Of a DNA stretch of 64,000 nucleotides, positions 24,930-38,585 are shown one piece after another; positions within the stretch are counted from its first letter, which is position 1; every line of letters begins with the position of its first letter. A program made the position numbers and the translations under genes. The stretch is from Callorhinchus milii (Eukaryota). The stretch lies in the NCBI RefSeq assembly GCF_018977255.1, contig NW_024704742.1:61506001-61570000 (forward strand), given 5' to 3'. Under the pieces are notes generated by a model. That model was not told the DNA's origin, made no database searches, and saw only the letters and a list, made by a program, of their open reading frames with translations.

Positions 24930-25873
24930 TTCCTTGTCCTCAACTCCAGCACCACTGCTGTCCTGACAGACTGCCTGTCGGACATCAAGTCCTGGATGAG
25001 GGCAAATTTCCTAAAGTTGAATGTGAACAAGACGGAGGTCCTCCTGATCGGCTCGCGCCAGTGCCTCAGCACCTTAGGCTCTGGCAGCATCAACCTCCAT
25101 GGTTGCACACTTCAACTCACTGCCAGTCAGGAACCTCAGTGTCTTGTTCGATTCTCAACTGTCTTTTCTCCCCTACATTCAAGCCATGACTCGCTCTGCC
25201 TTCCCTCACCTCCGTAACCTCACCCGACTCTGCCACTACCTCACCCCTCAGGCCGCTGAAACTCTTGTTCATGCCTTCATCCCCTCCAGGCTCAACTATG
25301 CAAATGCCCTGCTTGTCGGCCTTCCCAACTCCTCCCTCCACAGGCTGCAGATATTCCAGAACTCTGCAGCCCGTGTCCTCTCCCGCACCAAACTCCGTGA
25401 CCTCATCTCCCCCACTCTCGCCCGACTCCATTGGCTCCCTATCCTTCAGAGGATCCAGTTCAAGAACCTGGTCCTCACATACAAAGCCTTCCGTGGCCTC
25501 GCCCCACCCTACCTCTGCGACCTCCTAACCTCCTACCAACCCGCTCGTTCCCTCCGCTCAGCCGGCTCTGGCCTGCTCCACGTCCCCCGACCCACCCGCC
25601 CCACCATTGGCGGGAGAGCCTTGAGCCACTCTGCTCCCAACCTCTGGAATTCCATCCCCCAGTCACTCTGCCTCGCCCCCTCCTTAGCCTCCTTCAAGTC
25701 CCTCCTCAAGACCCTCCTCTTCGACCATGCCATCAGCCACCCCCCTTCTCCTCCCCTCCCTTCTCCCCCCCATCCCCAGCTCGGGTCTGAAATCCTGTAC
25801 TCTGTCCAGCACCTTGGGACATACTCCCGACATGAAAGGTGCTATACAAATGTAATCTTGTTGTTGTTGTTGT
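24930..25873 (+). mobile_element. L2 3' fragment
   Basis: TTAVLTDCLSDIKSWMRANFLKLNVNKTEVLLIG..HWLPILQRIQFK..FKSLLKTLLFD; (TTG)n tail. Confidence 0.92.
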
Positions 25874-28302
25874 AATAACCATTCCCCTGTCTTTCTCAAT
25901 CATAAACAACAACAACAACAATAAAATTACATTTATAAAGTGCCTTTCACGTCAGGAGGACTTCCCAGCAAAATATCTTTTTCTACGAATTTGGATTTGA
26001 AAGATTCTACAACAGCAAATTGCATTTATACAGTGCCCTATTCTGCCTGGAGGAAACGTCTCTTGAAAGCATTTTTAGTTTGAATATTACACGTTTTTCT
26101 CTTAATATTAACCTGACTTACTGTAATTAAAAAAAAACATTTATACATTTCTTTGCATGTGAGGAGAACGTCTCAAAGCACTTCACACAACTGACTGGAT
26201 GCCCATGTGAAGAATTAAGTCATGTTTTGAAGACAGAGGGAAGGGGCAACATAGAGCATGCAGGGGACAAATGGATGAAAGTTCACCCACTGATGGTGGG
26301 GTGGAGGAAGCGGAGCATGGGCAGTATTAAAAATGATATAAAATAAAACCAACCCATTTTAAATATCATTCCTTTCATCTTCTAGCCTATCTTCCCTCTT
26401 TGTCCTTTCTTATTTATATTTAGATTAGGCAGATGTATTCTTATTTATATGTAATATATCTTCTATTCTTCTCTAACCTGTTCTGCTTTTTCTAACTTTT
26501 AAAATCTCCTATCATTATTCTTCCCTCTGTCTGGCTATCTTCTCATCTTGGAAGTGGGAGAGCAGAATTTTAAGACTATTTTCAGGCCATTAAAAAGGTC
26601 ATTCACAGAGCACTGAGTGCAAAGAGCAACAAGGATGTGTCAAAGGAATGAACTATGAGCTGGGCTCATAGAAAAGTGTGGCCGGGCCTTTTCCGCAAAT
26701 GCCCTCCTCCTATACAAACACGGTATAAATAATGCCTCCTCTACACACCTGTATGCACAGTGCGCTAAGCCCCAGGCCTCTCACTTGCGAGGTGAGCGCT
26801 CTAACCAATACACTACAGGAGTCCACAAAGGATCAGATAGGCCCAATGTGATCTTGTGACTGGACTGTGACTGCTTCATTATCTGATGTAAGAATAATCA
26901 AGGAGTAAGAAAAAGTCAGGTAAACCTGCTGACTGTCCCACAGAGAGGTCATGTTTGCGCAAGCAAACACATTCAAGGGTTAATTCAGTTCCTTCCCGAG
27001 ACGTCTAGAATCTGAGCTAGCATTGACTTTACTCAGGCAAAGTTTTTCTTTCTGCTTCCAAAAGTAACTCAGATAAAACTGCAAAATAACTGCCGTGCCT
27101 GCGGTCTAGATGTACTCTATTTTCTTAACATATCAGAGAGTATGTGTCAGCTTGGCTCAGCTGGTATCACTCTCGCCTGACTCAGCTTTCAGTCAGAGGT
27201 TATGGGTTTCACACTCCCACACCACTTAAAGAAAAGAGTTTCTTCTGGAATCCTAACAAACAATCCCTCAAATAAAAATAAATCACTTCATTGCTGCTTG
27301 TGGTGCATTGGTGTACGCAAATTGGCTGCCACTTTCATATACCAAATACAGTCACTTCACTTTACAATAAATCCTGTGAAGCAGACGTCCTCCCCACATG
27401 ACCTGTTTTATCAGATGCAAGGATTATTAACTTTGCAAATTCTTAATTCCATTTCAATTTTGAAACGAAGATTGCATATCAGAATACATTATCATTTGCT
27501 GTACATTCCGAATTGTTAAGAAATTATTGTAAGTCAAAGGCCAGGTCAAATTTCTTTCCAGGCATTCATCTTGCAAAGCCATAGACAGAAAAATGTCAAT
27601 GTGCTTCCATTTAGTATTTAATTGTTGAGTAGTTTTGTTGTGATCAGCAGCACTACAGCTATGATCTTCTTTCAGTAACTTAATAAATGTGAAAGCCTCT
27701 AACTATGAACGCATTGACATTTAGCATCAGTATGTTGGGAGCCCAAAGGCAAAATTGAAACAAAATATGCTTGACCTGCCTTTTCATTCTCTGTCATTCT
27801 GTTCTAAGTACAGCACACACATTTAATGCATTTTGAAAGTAGCATTACTTACCTTGGATTCATTTATTTATTTTACTTTTGCGGGGGAAAGAAAGAAGAA
27901 TATAAAATACTATTTGAATGCAATAGTAATGGTACTTGTTAAGGGTTTTCCGTGTTGTGTTAGGGCTCAGATCACTCCAGCTCTGACACCTGCCATTCCA
28001 TTGCTTTTCCTCTGAGACTGAGCCCAGTCTTGTGAGCGGGAACCACAATATTGTACTTCCATCGCAAAAGTGCTTGACGGCTAACAAACCTGGAGGGAAT
28101 ATTGAAGTTAACAGTAAGTTCTATTTCTTCCATCAATCACAGCAAATATTGTGGTATTTGACAATTTATATATTTATAAATGGAACTCTACAATTTAAAA
28201 TAAGTTCTTCCCTACACCTCCCTGACCACTCTCATGAGAAATCCCATGTTTATTAGTTCCTGAATAAATACCCCTAAATAAGCTTCACTTTGTTTACCGA
28301 CT

Positions 28303-28680
28303 TTGGCACAGTTGATAGGAATCTTGCTTCTGAGTCAGACGGTTTTGAGTTCAAGCCCCACATCGGGACTTTGAGCTCCAAGTTTATGCTGACACCAATA
28401 CAGTACTGGCAGGCATATTGCATGATCAGAGGTGAATTGAACTGAGGTCCTGGCTTCCTGTTCATGTGGATGTTAAAGATCTCATGGCAATATTTAGAAA
28501 GAGAAGTGATTTTCTTCTGCTGTCCTGGGCATGATTATACACTTTATGCTTGCTGGTGGGACGCTACCTTGTGCAGATTGGCTGTTGCATTTATTTACAA
28601 ATACAGTCATTACACTTCACAGCAATTCCCTGTGAAGTGCTTTAAATGTTATAGATGTTGTATCACATGCAAATTTTAAA
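28303..28680 (+). mobile_element. Old Deu SINE (SacSINE1/AmnSINE-like)
   Basis: Head TTGGCACAGTTGATAG..CTGAGTCAGA..GTTCAAGCCCCAC; Deu core GTGGATGTTAAAGATCTCATGGCA..GTGCAGATTGGCTG. Confidence 0.75.
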
Positions 28681-29382
28681 TTAATTATAAGTATTAATTA
28701 GCAAGTAGAGTAGAGTGTATTCTGTTTGGAATCCAGGCTCTAGTTGAAAGGGACCTGTCTACCTGTCAGGAAAGAATGGTCAGGCTATTCAGTTGAAGGT
28801 TTTCTGCAGAGCTTGTCACAACTGTCAGTTTACTTCATACAGTGTGAAGAACAATCTTTTGTCTACAAGATGTCTCCTCCAGCTTATTACAAGGGTTCTG
28901 CTCAGAGACTTATCATCTCTGGAGACAGGCAAAACTGCTTGCTGAAGGCTGTATGCAACTTTCACTTCTTAAACCAGTATAGTTGAGCATAACACAAGAC
29001 ACCTCTGTTGTGATTGTTATTCCCATCACAGTAATTTACACCATAGGTCTTGGGAATGACCTAAGATATTCCTCACATAACCACTCATCAGAAATCGTCA
29101 GCTACACATGCCAGGATTTCTATTCCCTCAATCCCACCAGAGAGCGATCATCTGTCAGGGACAGTGACATTTTCACCTGTATTAAAGGATCAGTTTATTG
29201 CTTGTGACTCTTTAAATAAATCAATATTTATTTATTTTTAAAATACTGGTTGTAAAGGGAAGTTATGGCAACTAACAGTGATTTAAACTTTCTGCCTGAT
29301 GTTTGGATTAAGGTTGTTCTTAAGCTAAAACCAAGCTAAAAGTTATAACTTCAGATTTCCACCAGTTTGATTGAAATGTTTC

Positions 29383-30115
29383 AACAACAATACATTTACA
29401 TAGCGCCCTTCACACGGGGTAGCGTCCTGGAATGCTTCACAATGGCAGAGTCGGAAAAAGATCCAGGAGGAGAGGGACCGGGAGGTGAACATAAGAGCGA
29501 TAAAAAGGAAGGTCTTTAAACGAGATTTGAAGGTGGGGAGGTAGGGGGCAAGGCAGAGGGATTGAGGGAGAGAAATCCAGAGTTTTGGGGCGCAGTGGTT
29601 GAAGGCACAGCCACCGATAGTGGAACAGAGAACACAAGGGACAAACAGGAGGCTGGAGCCAGCTGAGCATAGGCAGCAGGTGGTGGATGGGGAGTAAGCA
29701 GGTTGGATAGGTAGGGGGGTGTGAGGGCATAAAAAGATTTGAAGATGAGTGAGAAGGTCATGAAATCGATCCTTTCAGTGATTGGGAGCCAGTGGTGCCT
29801 AGTAAGGACTGGTGTGATGGGGGTGCGGAGGTTCGTGCAAGTGAGAATTTAGTCGGCAGAGTTTTGAATTAATTGGATTTTGTGTATGGTGAAGATGGGG
29901 AGATCACAAGGAGGGCGTTAGAATAGTCCAGCTGGGAAGTGACAAAGGCGTGGACAAGGGTTTCAGCTGCATCAGTTATGAGTTATGTACTGAGGCGGGT
30001 AATGTGGTGGAGATGGAAAAAAGTGGTTCTGGTCAGGGAATAGATGTGTGCTGGAAAGGAAAGCTGGGATCAACCCTGATGCCTAAGTTGCGCACGGGTT
30101 CGGAGAGTCTCAGAG
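29383..30115 (-). mobile_element. Old L2 3' fragment
   Basis: Degraded IQNSA / HWLPITERIDF / FKSFYAL motifs and CAA tail. Confidence 0.8.
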
Positions 30116-30640
30116 AGAACCTAGGGAGATCTGTTTAAAGAGGTAACAGACACAAGTTTGGGAATGGAAAATAATTCCATGACAAATACAGAAATTGGAA
30201 TAATTTTGCCCAGAAAGGGGAGTTTCTGCTCCTAATTACTATTTAATGACTCTTCTATCACAATTTTATATCTTTGTCTGACTTCAACTTTATCAAATGC
30301 CCTTCTTATTTTCAAACTAGCTACAAAATTTCAGCTGCACTAGACAATAATAAAAATAAGCCTTGCAGTTGATACAATGCCTTAACAACAACAACAAGAT
30401 TACATTTGTATAGCGCCTTTCACGTCGGGAGGAAAACACGTCATTAACATGTCATCAAGACATCTCAAAGAGCTTGATAGGAATTTACTGTAAAGAGTAA
30501 TGAATATTATTGTGTGCAGTCTTGCACACAGCCATGTTCCCAACAAAGTCATGAAGTGAATGACAATTTTGTCTGAAGTATTTGTTGGCCAGATATCAGG
30601 AGAAAACACCCTTCTTTTTTCAAATAGTGCCACCTGTTGT

Positions 30641-30644
<4 letters not shown>

Positions 30645-30671
<27 letters not shown>
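30645..30671. repeat. (TA)n microsatellite
   Basis: Uninterrupted TA run. Confidence 0.95.
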
Positions 30672-30674
<3 letters not shown>

Positions 30675-30906
30675 AGTAAATTGTTGTTGTTTCAAACAGT
30701 CAACAGTGTTGTTGTTGTGATACTATACAAACAAAATGCATCTTTATAATAACTGGTACAGTATATGTGTGGTGAATCTTTCTAGATCCATTACAATTCA
30801 TTTTTTTAATCATCTATATGCAGCATGTATAAATTGCAATAACTGTTTTGAACAAGTAGGTTCACAGGTGAGTCTATTATTGCATATAATACAATATCAT
30901 TACCGT

Positions 30907-31219
30907 ATAATAATAAACCTTGCATTCGATATAGCACTTTTCACATCTTCTAGATGTCTCAAAGAGCTTCACAGAATATACTGTAAAGTGAATTGACTGT
31001 ATATTTTTGGGCGAAATACGACAGCCAATTGCTCACAGCAATGTCCAACAAACAGTCGTGGATTTAAGTGACCAATTTATTATTTTTTTTTGTTGTGGGA
31101 TTATTATCAGGCGTATGGAGTAAGAAAACTTGCCCAAGGTTTTGCCCTGCCATGAATCAAAACCAGGTCTCTCGCTTGCGAGGCGAGTGCTCTAACCAGG
31201 AATGAGCTACAGAATCCAC
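30907..31219 (-). mobile_element. Full-length tRNA SINE (short form)
   Basis: Head, Deu 3' half and AAT tail as in the other copies. Confidence 0.9.
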
Positions 31220-32417
31220 TGATATCATAAATATCAGTGCATAATTTGTGGATCTATCAGAATGCTGGGCACTGCAATTGCAGTTTACTATTGAAAACAT
31301 GACTTGTATCATATCGATTTCAGCCTTTCATCCCAGAATAGGTTCTGGTCTGAGTAGGATTTATAATTCCAGGAGAAGGACACCACATAACGATCACAAA
31401 TTTGCAGGATAACTAAAATTAATTGGATGTGTTTGCTGTAATTGACTAAATTAATGCTTTTGGTGCAACAGCGAAAAGGATTTGAAATCATAGTTGAACC
31501 TCAGGTACGATTTGCAATTTTGTCCAAGTTAGTCATAATGTTTAGAATGGCACTGCAGTAAATCACCATAAAATGCCTTTTCAGTCAGCACACGCTTCTC
31601 CACTCCCACACACACACACGTACTCATGTGCTCTTCCAAGTAGAATTCATGATCCAGACATAACAGATAAAAATATATTATTCATATCGTATTAGTCAGC
31701 AACACACAAACTGTACACTGTCGATCCAATGCATGTCACATTTCAACTTTCCTGCACAAATAAAGGGTTGTAGTTTGCACCAGTACTTCTATAACATTTT
31801 TAGTACAGGTATTTGTATTTGATCTAGTGCCTTTCACCTCAGGAGGATATCTCAAAGTGTTTTACTGGATTTATTGTAAAGGGTATTGGATGTGTATTTT
31901 GTATGTAAATGTGGCAATCAGTTTGTGTGCAGCAAGTCTCACAAACAGCTATCAAATGAATGTCTGGAGGATTGTTGGCTTGGACACAAGAAGAAACTTC
32001 CAACTTTTTTCGAACAGTGCTATGGGATCTTTAACATCCACCTGACCAGGCAGACGGGATCATATGAAGGATGGCAACTCCAAGAGTACAGTGCTTCCCC
32101 CATCACTGTATCAGAGTGTCACCTTAGACTGTGAGTTCAAAGTCCACACAGTGAAGCTTGATCCCACAATTTTCTGATTTAGAGGATGGTAGAATGGGTA
32201 TTCTAAAAGGATAAGATCAAATAGACCGAAGGGCGTTTTTCATCCAAACCAATCTTATGTTAATGATAATAATAACAATTCTTGCATTTGACATAGCCCC
32301 TTATCACATCTTCGAGTCATCTCAAACCGCTTCACAGATAATTTTAAAGTCTAAGACAAAATGGTTTTACAGTCAATGTAGGATGTCCCAAGGCACTGGG
32401 AGGAGGTGGGACCTGAC

Positions 32418-32780
32418 ACAGCTTCTGTTAACCCTGTAAGCAAAGCTCTAATGGGTAGGGTGATACTAACTGGACAAGCAGTGGAAAGCTTGCCGGACAG
32501 CAATATCAATGGCAAGCTATACGGTTTTAGCTGGTTAGACTCCAGCAGTACCACAACGCACACTCTGGGATCCCCAAGCTTCATCTGATGACAACTTGTG
32601 CCTAATACTTTACCAAATTTGGTAAGCAGGATGTTTCCCTCGATATGCATTCCATTCCAACAATCTATCTCTGGGATTTCTGTGTGTAGGTGGGATGCAT
32701 GGAAATCTCTGCTTAGTTTTGATACTCTTAAGCATGGTCATGGATTTACGCATGTTTCAGACACGTGGCTGACCAAAAAA
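32418..32780 (+). mobile_element. Family X retroposon, 3' half
   Basis: Ends GATACTCTTAAGCATGGTCATGG..CAGACACGTGGCTGACC followed by A7. Confidence 0.72.
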
Positions 32781-33524
32781 AGAAAAAGAGGGGCTGGGAT
32801 GGGTTTCATTCTGATTGGATCCATTGCAGCCAGGCTTCAGTTATTCATGAGAAAGTAGAAAAAGTTACATAAAAAGCCAATAAAGTTGACAATAAATAGT
32901 AGAAGGTAATGAACATGATTGATGGGATAAGACTAAAATGACACAGAACTAGTACTTAGGAGAATTAAATGCATTAATTTGAATGTAATTTCCATGTAAG
33001 GTTTAAGGCATCCCGCCCAAACAAAGCAACATCATCAAAACTTAACAGCCAGTTCCATTGGAAGGAATTTTCAATTCATTACCAAATGTCATCTGTTAGT
33101 TTCTCTTTTATGGCATGTGTGCTATTAATTTAATAGATACTTATGGCACAGAAGAAGGTAATTCATCCCATCATGTCTGTGTTGGAAACTATTAAATATA
33201 ATCTATAAAATATATTCCTGCAGAGCACCAAAAATGTCTCAAAGAAAGTCCCAAAAGACTATTTGGCTCAACAGGTCTGTACATCTTAATGGGCCTTGGA
33301 TACTGTTGGAGGTGGCTCATAACCATTGATAAAATTGATAAAATTGCTTCATTGAATTTACCCTGGAAATTAAGAGAGACAAAATGATCTAGGGATTAAG
33401 ATTTTCAGGATTCTAAAGTTGTTGCACAGGTGAACAAGGCCATAAATCATGCAAATAGAGGAAAGCAATGTTACATGTATATAAAACCTTGATGAGACCA
33501 CATTTAGAGTACTATGTATAGTTC

Positions 33525-33860
33525 TGATAGGATGGTCCTGGCAAGACAAACGGTGAGAAGCTTGATAGACAGTGCTCTGAATGGCAAGCTATGGGGTTTT
33601 AACTAGTTAAACTCCAGCATCACCCCAACATGAACTCTGGAGTTCCCAAACCTTGGGCTCTCGCCAACCCGTGCTTAATATTTTCCGGAATGAGGTAAGC
33701 AGGGTACATCCCTCAAGGGAGAGAGTGTTCATTCCATTCTAGACACAAGGACATTTCCATGTGAAGGTGGTCAGTATGGAACTCTCAGTCTGGTTTGGAT
33801 AATTCTTAAGCATAGTGATGGGTTTCCACGTGTGTCGTACATTCAGCTGACTAAAAAACA
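33525..33860 (+). mobile_element. Family X retroposon, 3' half (after a CR1 remnant at ~33390-33525)
   Basis: Ends TCTTAAGCATAGTGATGGGTTTCCACGTGTGTC..CAGCTGACTAAAAAA; the preceding CR1 reads YKTLMRPHLEY. Confidence 0.72.
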
Positions 33861-34834
33861 AGGTGTTGAGCCTTCATGAGCTGAGTCATTAATCTGCCAG
33901 TATAGAGGACAGAGTTGTGGCAGAGTTTGAAGTTAAAGGTAATGTCATCCACTCTGATATTTACTAGACTGATACATACTGTCTCTATCCTGGAACCCCG
34001 CCAACTTCCTCCCTCCCTCAACTGTTCAAGGTCCATCTCAAGACCGACTTATTTTACTGCACTTTCAGTCATCATTCTCTGCACCACCCCCAACTTGGTT
34101 CTCATACCCCAGCTCAGAAACCCAGCCAAAAGTATCAGGTGCTTTGTGATGTCCAGCTGACATGATATTTACATATATACAAATATAAATTTGTATTGCA
34201 TTATATTGTCTCTACAAGTTACTTAGTTTTATGCAATATAATTGTCACTATTTACATCAATTGAAAATCCTGTACAAGTATGTTTTTGTCATACCACATG
34301 TGGTACATGACCTTGCATCAATAAACCTATGTGATTCTGTACATTGCTATTCACATGGGACTTGCCAGGCTCTCCATAACGTCCCACACCACGGGCAAAA
34401 AACATAACACATGCATATGCTAGCAGAGAGTAAAACACCTACACTTTTACTATGCAACACTATTGAGCTCACTGTCACTGGGGTGAATCAGAGCAGGAAG
34501 GTGAAAGGGTGCACCGAGGTGCAGGATGCATCGGTACCATTTTCCAATTAGCTTCAGGTCAGTATAAATTAATTTAACCCTGTGTGCATCACAGTTGAAT
34601 TCACATGAGTCAAATTAGTTGGCCAACAAAGAGACAAACACTGCCCTAGAAATACTGTCAGTTTAAGGCTAACATGTGGAGATACATAATTTACCCAGAC
34701 TGAGCAAGCATAAGCCAATGATGGTCCTCAATGATGGATCATTGTAATTTTCTGTGAACAGAATAATTCATAATACATATAAAAATTTAATTTACAATAA
34801 TCGTAAATTGTCCGGTGCCTGTATTTTAGGTGAG

Positions 34835-35177
34835 AACATTCGCCTCGCAAGTGAGAGACCTGGTTTCTATTCCTAGGCGAGGCGAAATGTTAGGCTAGTT
34901 TCCTTACTCCACATGCCTCTGTTTACCTAGCAGTAAGTAGGAACCCGGTTGTTAGTCGTTTCACGCTTTTCCGGGGGGTAATTATCCCTTCAAAAGGAAA
35001 CTTAAAAAAATAACAATTTGATCACTCAATCCATGACTGTGGGACACTGCTGTGCGCAGTTGGCTGTCGTGTTTCGCCCACAAAATATACAGTCAATTCA
35101 CTTCACAGTGAATTCTGTTTTGAGACATCTTGAAGATGTGATAAGGCGATCTATCAAATGCAAGGATTATTATTATT
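34835..35177 (+). mobile_element. tRNA SINE, long form
   Basis: CGCCTCGCAAGTGAGAGACCTGG..GTTTCCTTACTCCAC..GCCTCTGTTTACCTAGCAGTAAGTAGGAACCCGG..Deu 3' half..(ATT)n. Confidence 0.88.
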
Positions 35178-35232
35178 TGGATTTGAAATGTGGGAAGAAG
35201 GGACCGACTTGTCTAGGTTGAAAATATAGGGA

Positions 35233-35410
35233 CAGTAAACTTCTGATAACTCAACCCAGGCTTAACTTGTTACTATCACTTGAGTCATCATGCTGTCAAT
35301 ATTTCGTCCGCATTTATTTATATATATATACATATGCCTTACTCGCCACTTCGGATAACTTGCCACTGAATTCCTTTCCCTTGGAGTGGAGAGTTATCAG
35401 GAATTTATTA
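35233..35410. mobile_element. Tc1/mariner (pogo/Tigger-like) MITE
   Basis: Imperfect 20-bp TIRs CAGTAAACTTCTGATAACTC / GAGTTATCAGGAATTTATTA (16/20), internal GATAACT motif, TA at right flank. Confidence 0.55.
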
Positions 35411-37982
35411 TAAAATCAAGTAAGGGCTTACATTACAAGTGGTGTCTTTACAGCCGGTTAAGCCTGTTCGCTAAAATGGCAACTGATGGAAACAAAAACT
35501 CTATCATAACATAGCATGACCTCAATTACAAAATAACCTTTTCTGGGTCATGAAGAATGCCCATTTTGCCATTGACTGAAGATTCCACCCAGAAAATAAC
35601 TGTTGAAACAAAAGAAAATCATTACAGTGTCTGAGAGACGAAGACAAAACCTCTCACCCGACCTACGGTGTTTGAACAACACAGCACTTGGTGGGAGTGG
35701 GGGCAAGTGTCACCTCATGAACTCAGTGAATTACAGCAAATGTAGTACACACTAAACACTGACAATTATGGCAAACATTAAAGCCATCTCATTTAAGGGA
35801 TATTTAAGAATATGACTGATTTTTCCCCATTATTTCTTGTAATCAATGTTAGCAAAATCAATCCTTTCTCTTGTGTATCTAGAGTTACATTTCGCCCACA
35901 AAATATACAGTCAATCCACTTTCCAATATATCCTGTGAAGCGCTTTGAGACGTCTCGAAGATGTGATGCAAGGATTATTATATATAATGATTATATATTA
36001 AACATAGTGGACTTCAAAACAAAACCAACAATTTACAATAACAAATTGCATTTATTTAGCCCGTTCATGTCAGCAGTGCGTCTCAAAACACTTCACATAG
36101 TTGACTGGGAACCCAAGCTGGAGATATGTGGATATTGGAGGGAGGGGAAAGAGTTGAGAATATTGTGGGAGAACGTTAGGTCTACAGAGGGCTGTAAAAT
36201 GGGAAGAGAAGGGATGAGGTGGAGGAGCTCCAGTAGTAGGGGAAGAATGGCTGAAAGCTCACCCACCAATGGTGGGGCAGATTGGGCAGGGAACATGAAA
36301 CAGGCTAATGTTCACTGAGAGGAGGGATTGGCTGCATCAGTAGAGTTGCAGGTGGTCACGGAGGTAGGGAGGGGTGAGTTCATGGAGGGAATTGAATGTG
36401 AGAATGAAGATCTTCATTTCAAATGCCCCAGACTCTACCATTTGCTTCTAAAAAATGCTCACCAAAATCAAGATGGCGGATAATGTTTCTATGAAAGCTA
36501 CACTCAGGAAAGACCACTCTCCAGGAGGAGTCCTGGCTCCCAGTAGCCATTTGATGTAGTCAGACATTCAATCCTGGCCATTCAACCCCTCTCTCTAGAT
36601 CTCCATCTCAGAGTCCCTCCATCTTCCTCCCTTTCATCCCCACCTTCAAAGACCACCTTGTGACCTATCTTTTCAATCACCCTTTTGGTCACCTTTCCTC
36701 TTACCAATTAAGGTAGACTGGCTTAACAAATGAGTAAATCAGTCACACCCAGCTCAGGCTCCCAGTCAGTTATATGAAGAGTTTTGAGACGTCTTCCTGA
36801 TGTGAAAGGCGCTATATAAATCCTGTTGTTATTGTTAGTAGAAATTACAAACTTTATCCCCATATAATAAGTAGTGCATTGACTGAATCCCCAACTGTGC
36901 AGGAGGTGGACACTCCACACTCTCTCACCCCCAGTGACTGCAATAGATTTGAGGCCTGTAGCATTGCACTGGCAATTAAGGCAGATTGGCTTAACAAATA
37001 AGTAAATCAGTGCAAAGCCACTGTCTCATTCAATGGTATGTGAGTCTTAAATCAGTTGGTCAGACATAGCACATTGAGAAAGGTGTCAGGGGACCTGGCT
37101 CCAGCACATGAGCATCGTCAATGTGTTAATTATCATAATTATCTTGAGGTCATTAAATTGATCACCAGTTTTAATTAGTGCTCTAGTTATTTAGTACACT
37201 AACTGGTCACAACATCACAATGTTTGCCCCATATTTTTTAGCTACCATATGCATACCAGGTTAAAGAATTTTTCGAATGCCTAGAAATAAAAACAATTGT
37301 TTCAGAAGAGCATTTAGAAACATTAAGAATTTCTACTGTATGTCTGCTTTAAAATACACCTACAATATACACAGCCACTACACTTTACAGTAAATTCTGT
37401 GAAGCACTTTGAGACATCCTCCTGGCGTAAGAGGTGCTATATCAAAATCAAGGATATAGTTACCCCATTTTTTGAGGCTTGTGGAGATAGAAAAAGAAAC
37501 ATTTGGATTCAGCAACTATTTCCACCATTTATGACAATCAATGTGAATGAATATATCTGATCACAGTAGAGAATCAGAGCATTGATCTAATGCTTTGATT
37601 CTGTAATGTACATTTTTGACTATTACCCAAATGTTTTTTTATTTTGTACATTAGATTTGTAACAACAGGGGGAAACTATAATGGGGACAAATGTCTTTTG
37701 AATTTGATCCGTGGTTTGCTCCAAGCACAGAAAGATTTAGAGATTTTGTACTGTGTGCTAATGGGCAAGCCATAGATTTCTAACAACCTCATGAATCCTT
37801 CGCCAACCCTGTTTCACTAGCTCGTGATGAAATCTGCATCTAAGGTACACAATTCGGGGATGTGATGAGAACAGTAAATGGTGTGCGAATGAAATAATTG
37901 CTGATGTTTTGGATTCTGAGGCATAGCCTCAACATCTCTTGTTTTTCTGGAAAGAAAAATGCTGGAGGTATGTCATGGAAAT

Positions 37983-38585
37983 ACAACAACAATACCAAAT
38001 TACACTTGTATAGCACCTTTCACGGCAGAAAGACATCCCAGGGCGCTAGACAATCAGAGGTTTTGGTTCCGAGCTGGGAGTTGGGCTCAGAAGGGAGAAG
38101 GGCAGGGAGGGTGGGGGAGGGAGGGTGGCTGAAGGCACGATCGAAGGGGAAGGTCTTCAGATAGGACTTGAAGGAGGCAAGAGAGGGGAGAGATGGAGGG
38201 ATTGTGGGATAGAGTTCTAGAGTGTGGGGGTATAAATGCTAAAAGTGAAGGGACCTGAAGCAGGCCAGTGTCTGCTGAGTGTAGGGAGCAGACAGGCTGA
38301 TATGAAATTATCAGGTCAGAGAGGTAGGGGGTGAGCAAGATCATGGAGAGCCTTGAAGGTAAGAATGAGGGTTTAATACTTGATTCCCTGACCAATGGGG
38401 AGCCAGTGAAGCTGGATAAGAACGGGGTTGATAGTTTCCTGGAGCCTGGTGTGGGAGAGGACGTGAGCTGCAGAGTTCTGAATAATCTGCAGTTTGTGGA
38501 GGGAAGAGTTGGGAAGTCCAGTGAGCAGTGGCGCAGTCAAGCCGGGATGTAATGAAAGCATGGATCAGCGTCTCGGTGGCCTGCA
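37983..38585 (-). mobile_element. L2 3' fragment
   Basis: ETLIHAFITSRLD..LHKLQIIQNSAAHVL..LHWLPI; CAA tail at left. Confidence 0.88.

Noticed and set aside
37570..37602. 14-bp hairpin as a miRNA precursor
   Set aside because: Too short and isolated for a pre-miRNA; may be chance or a small inverted duplication.
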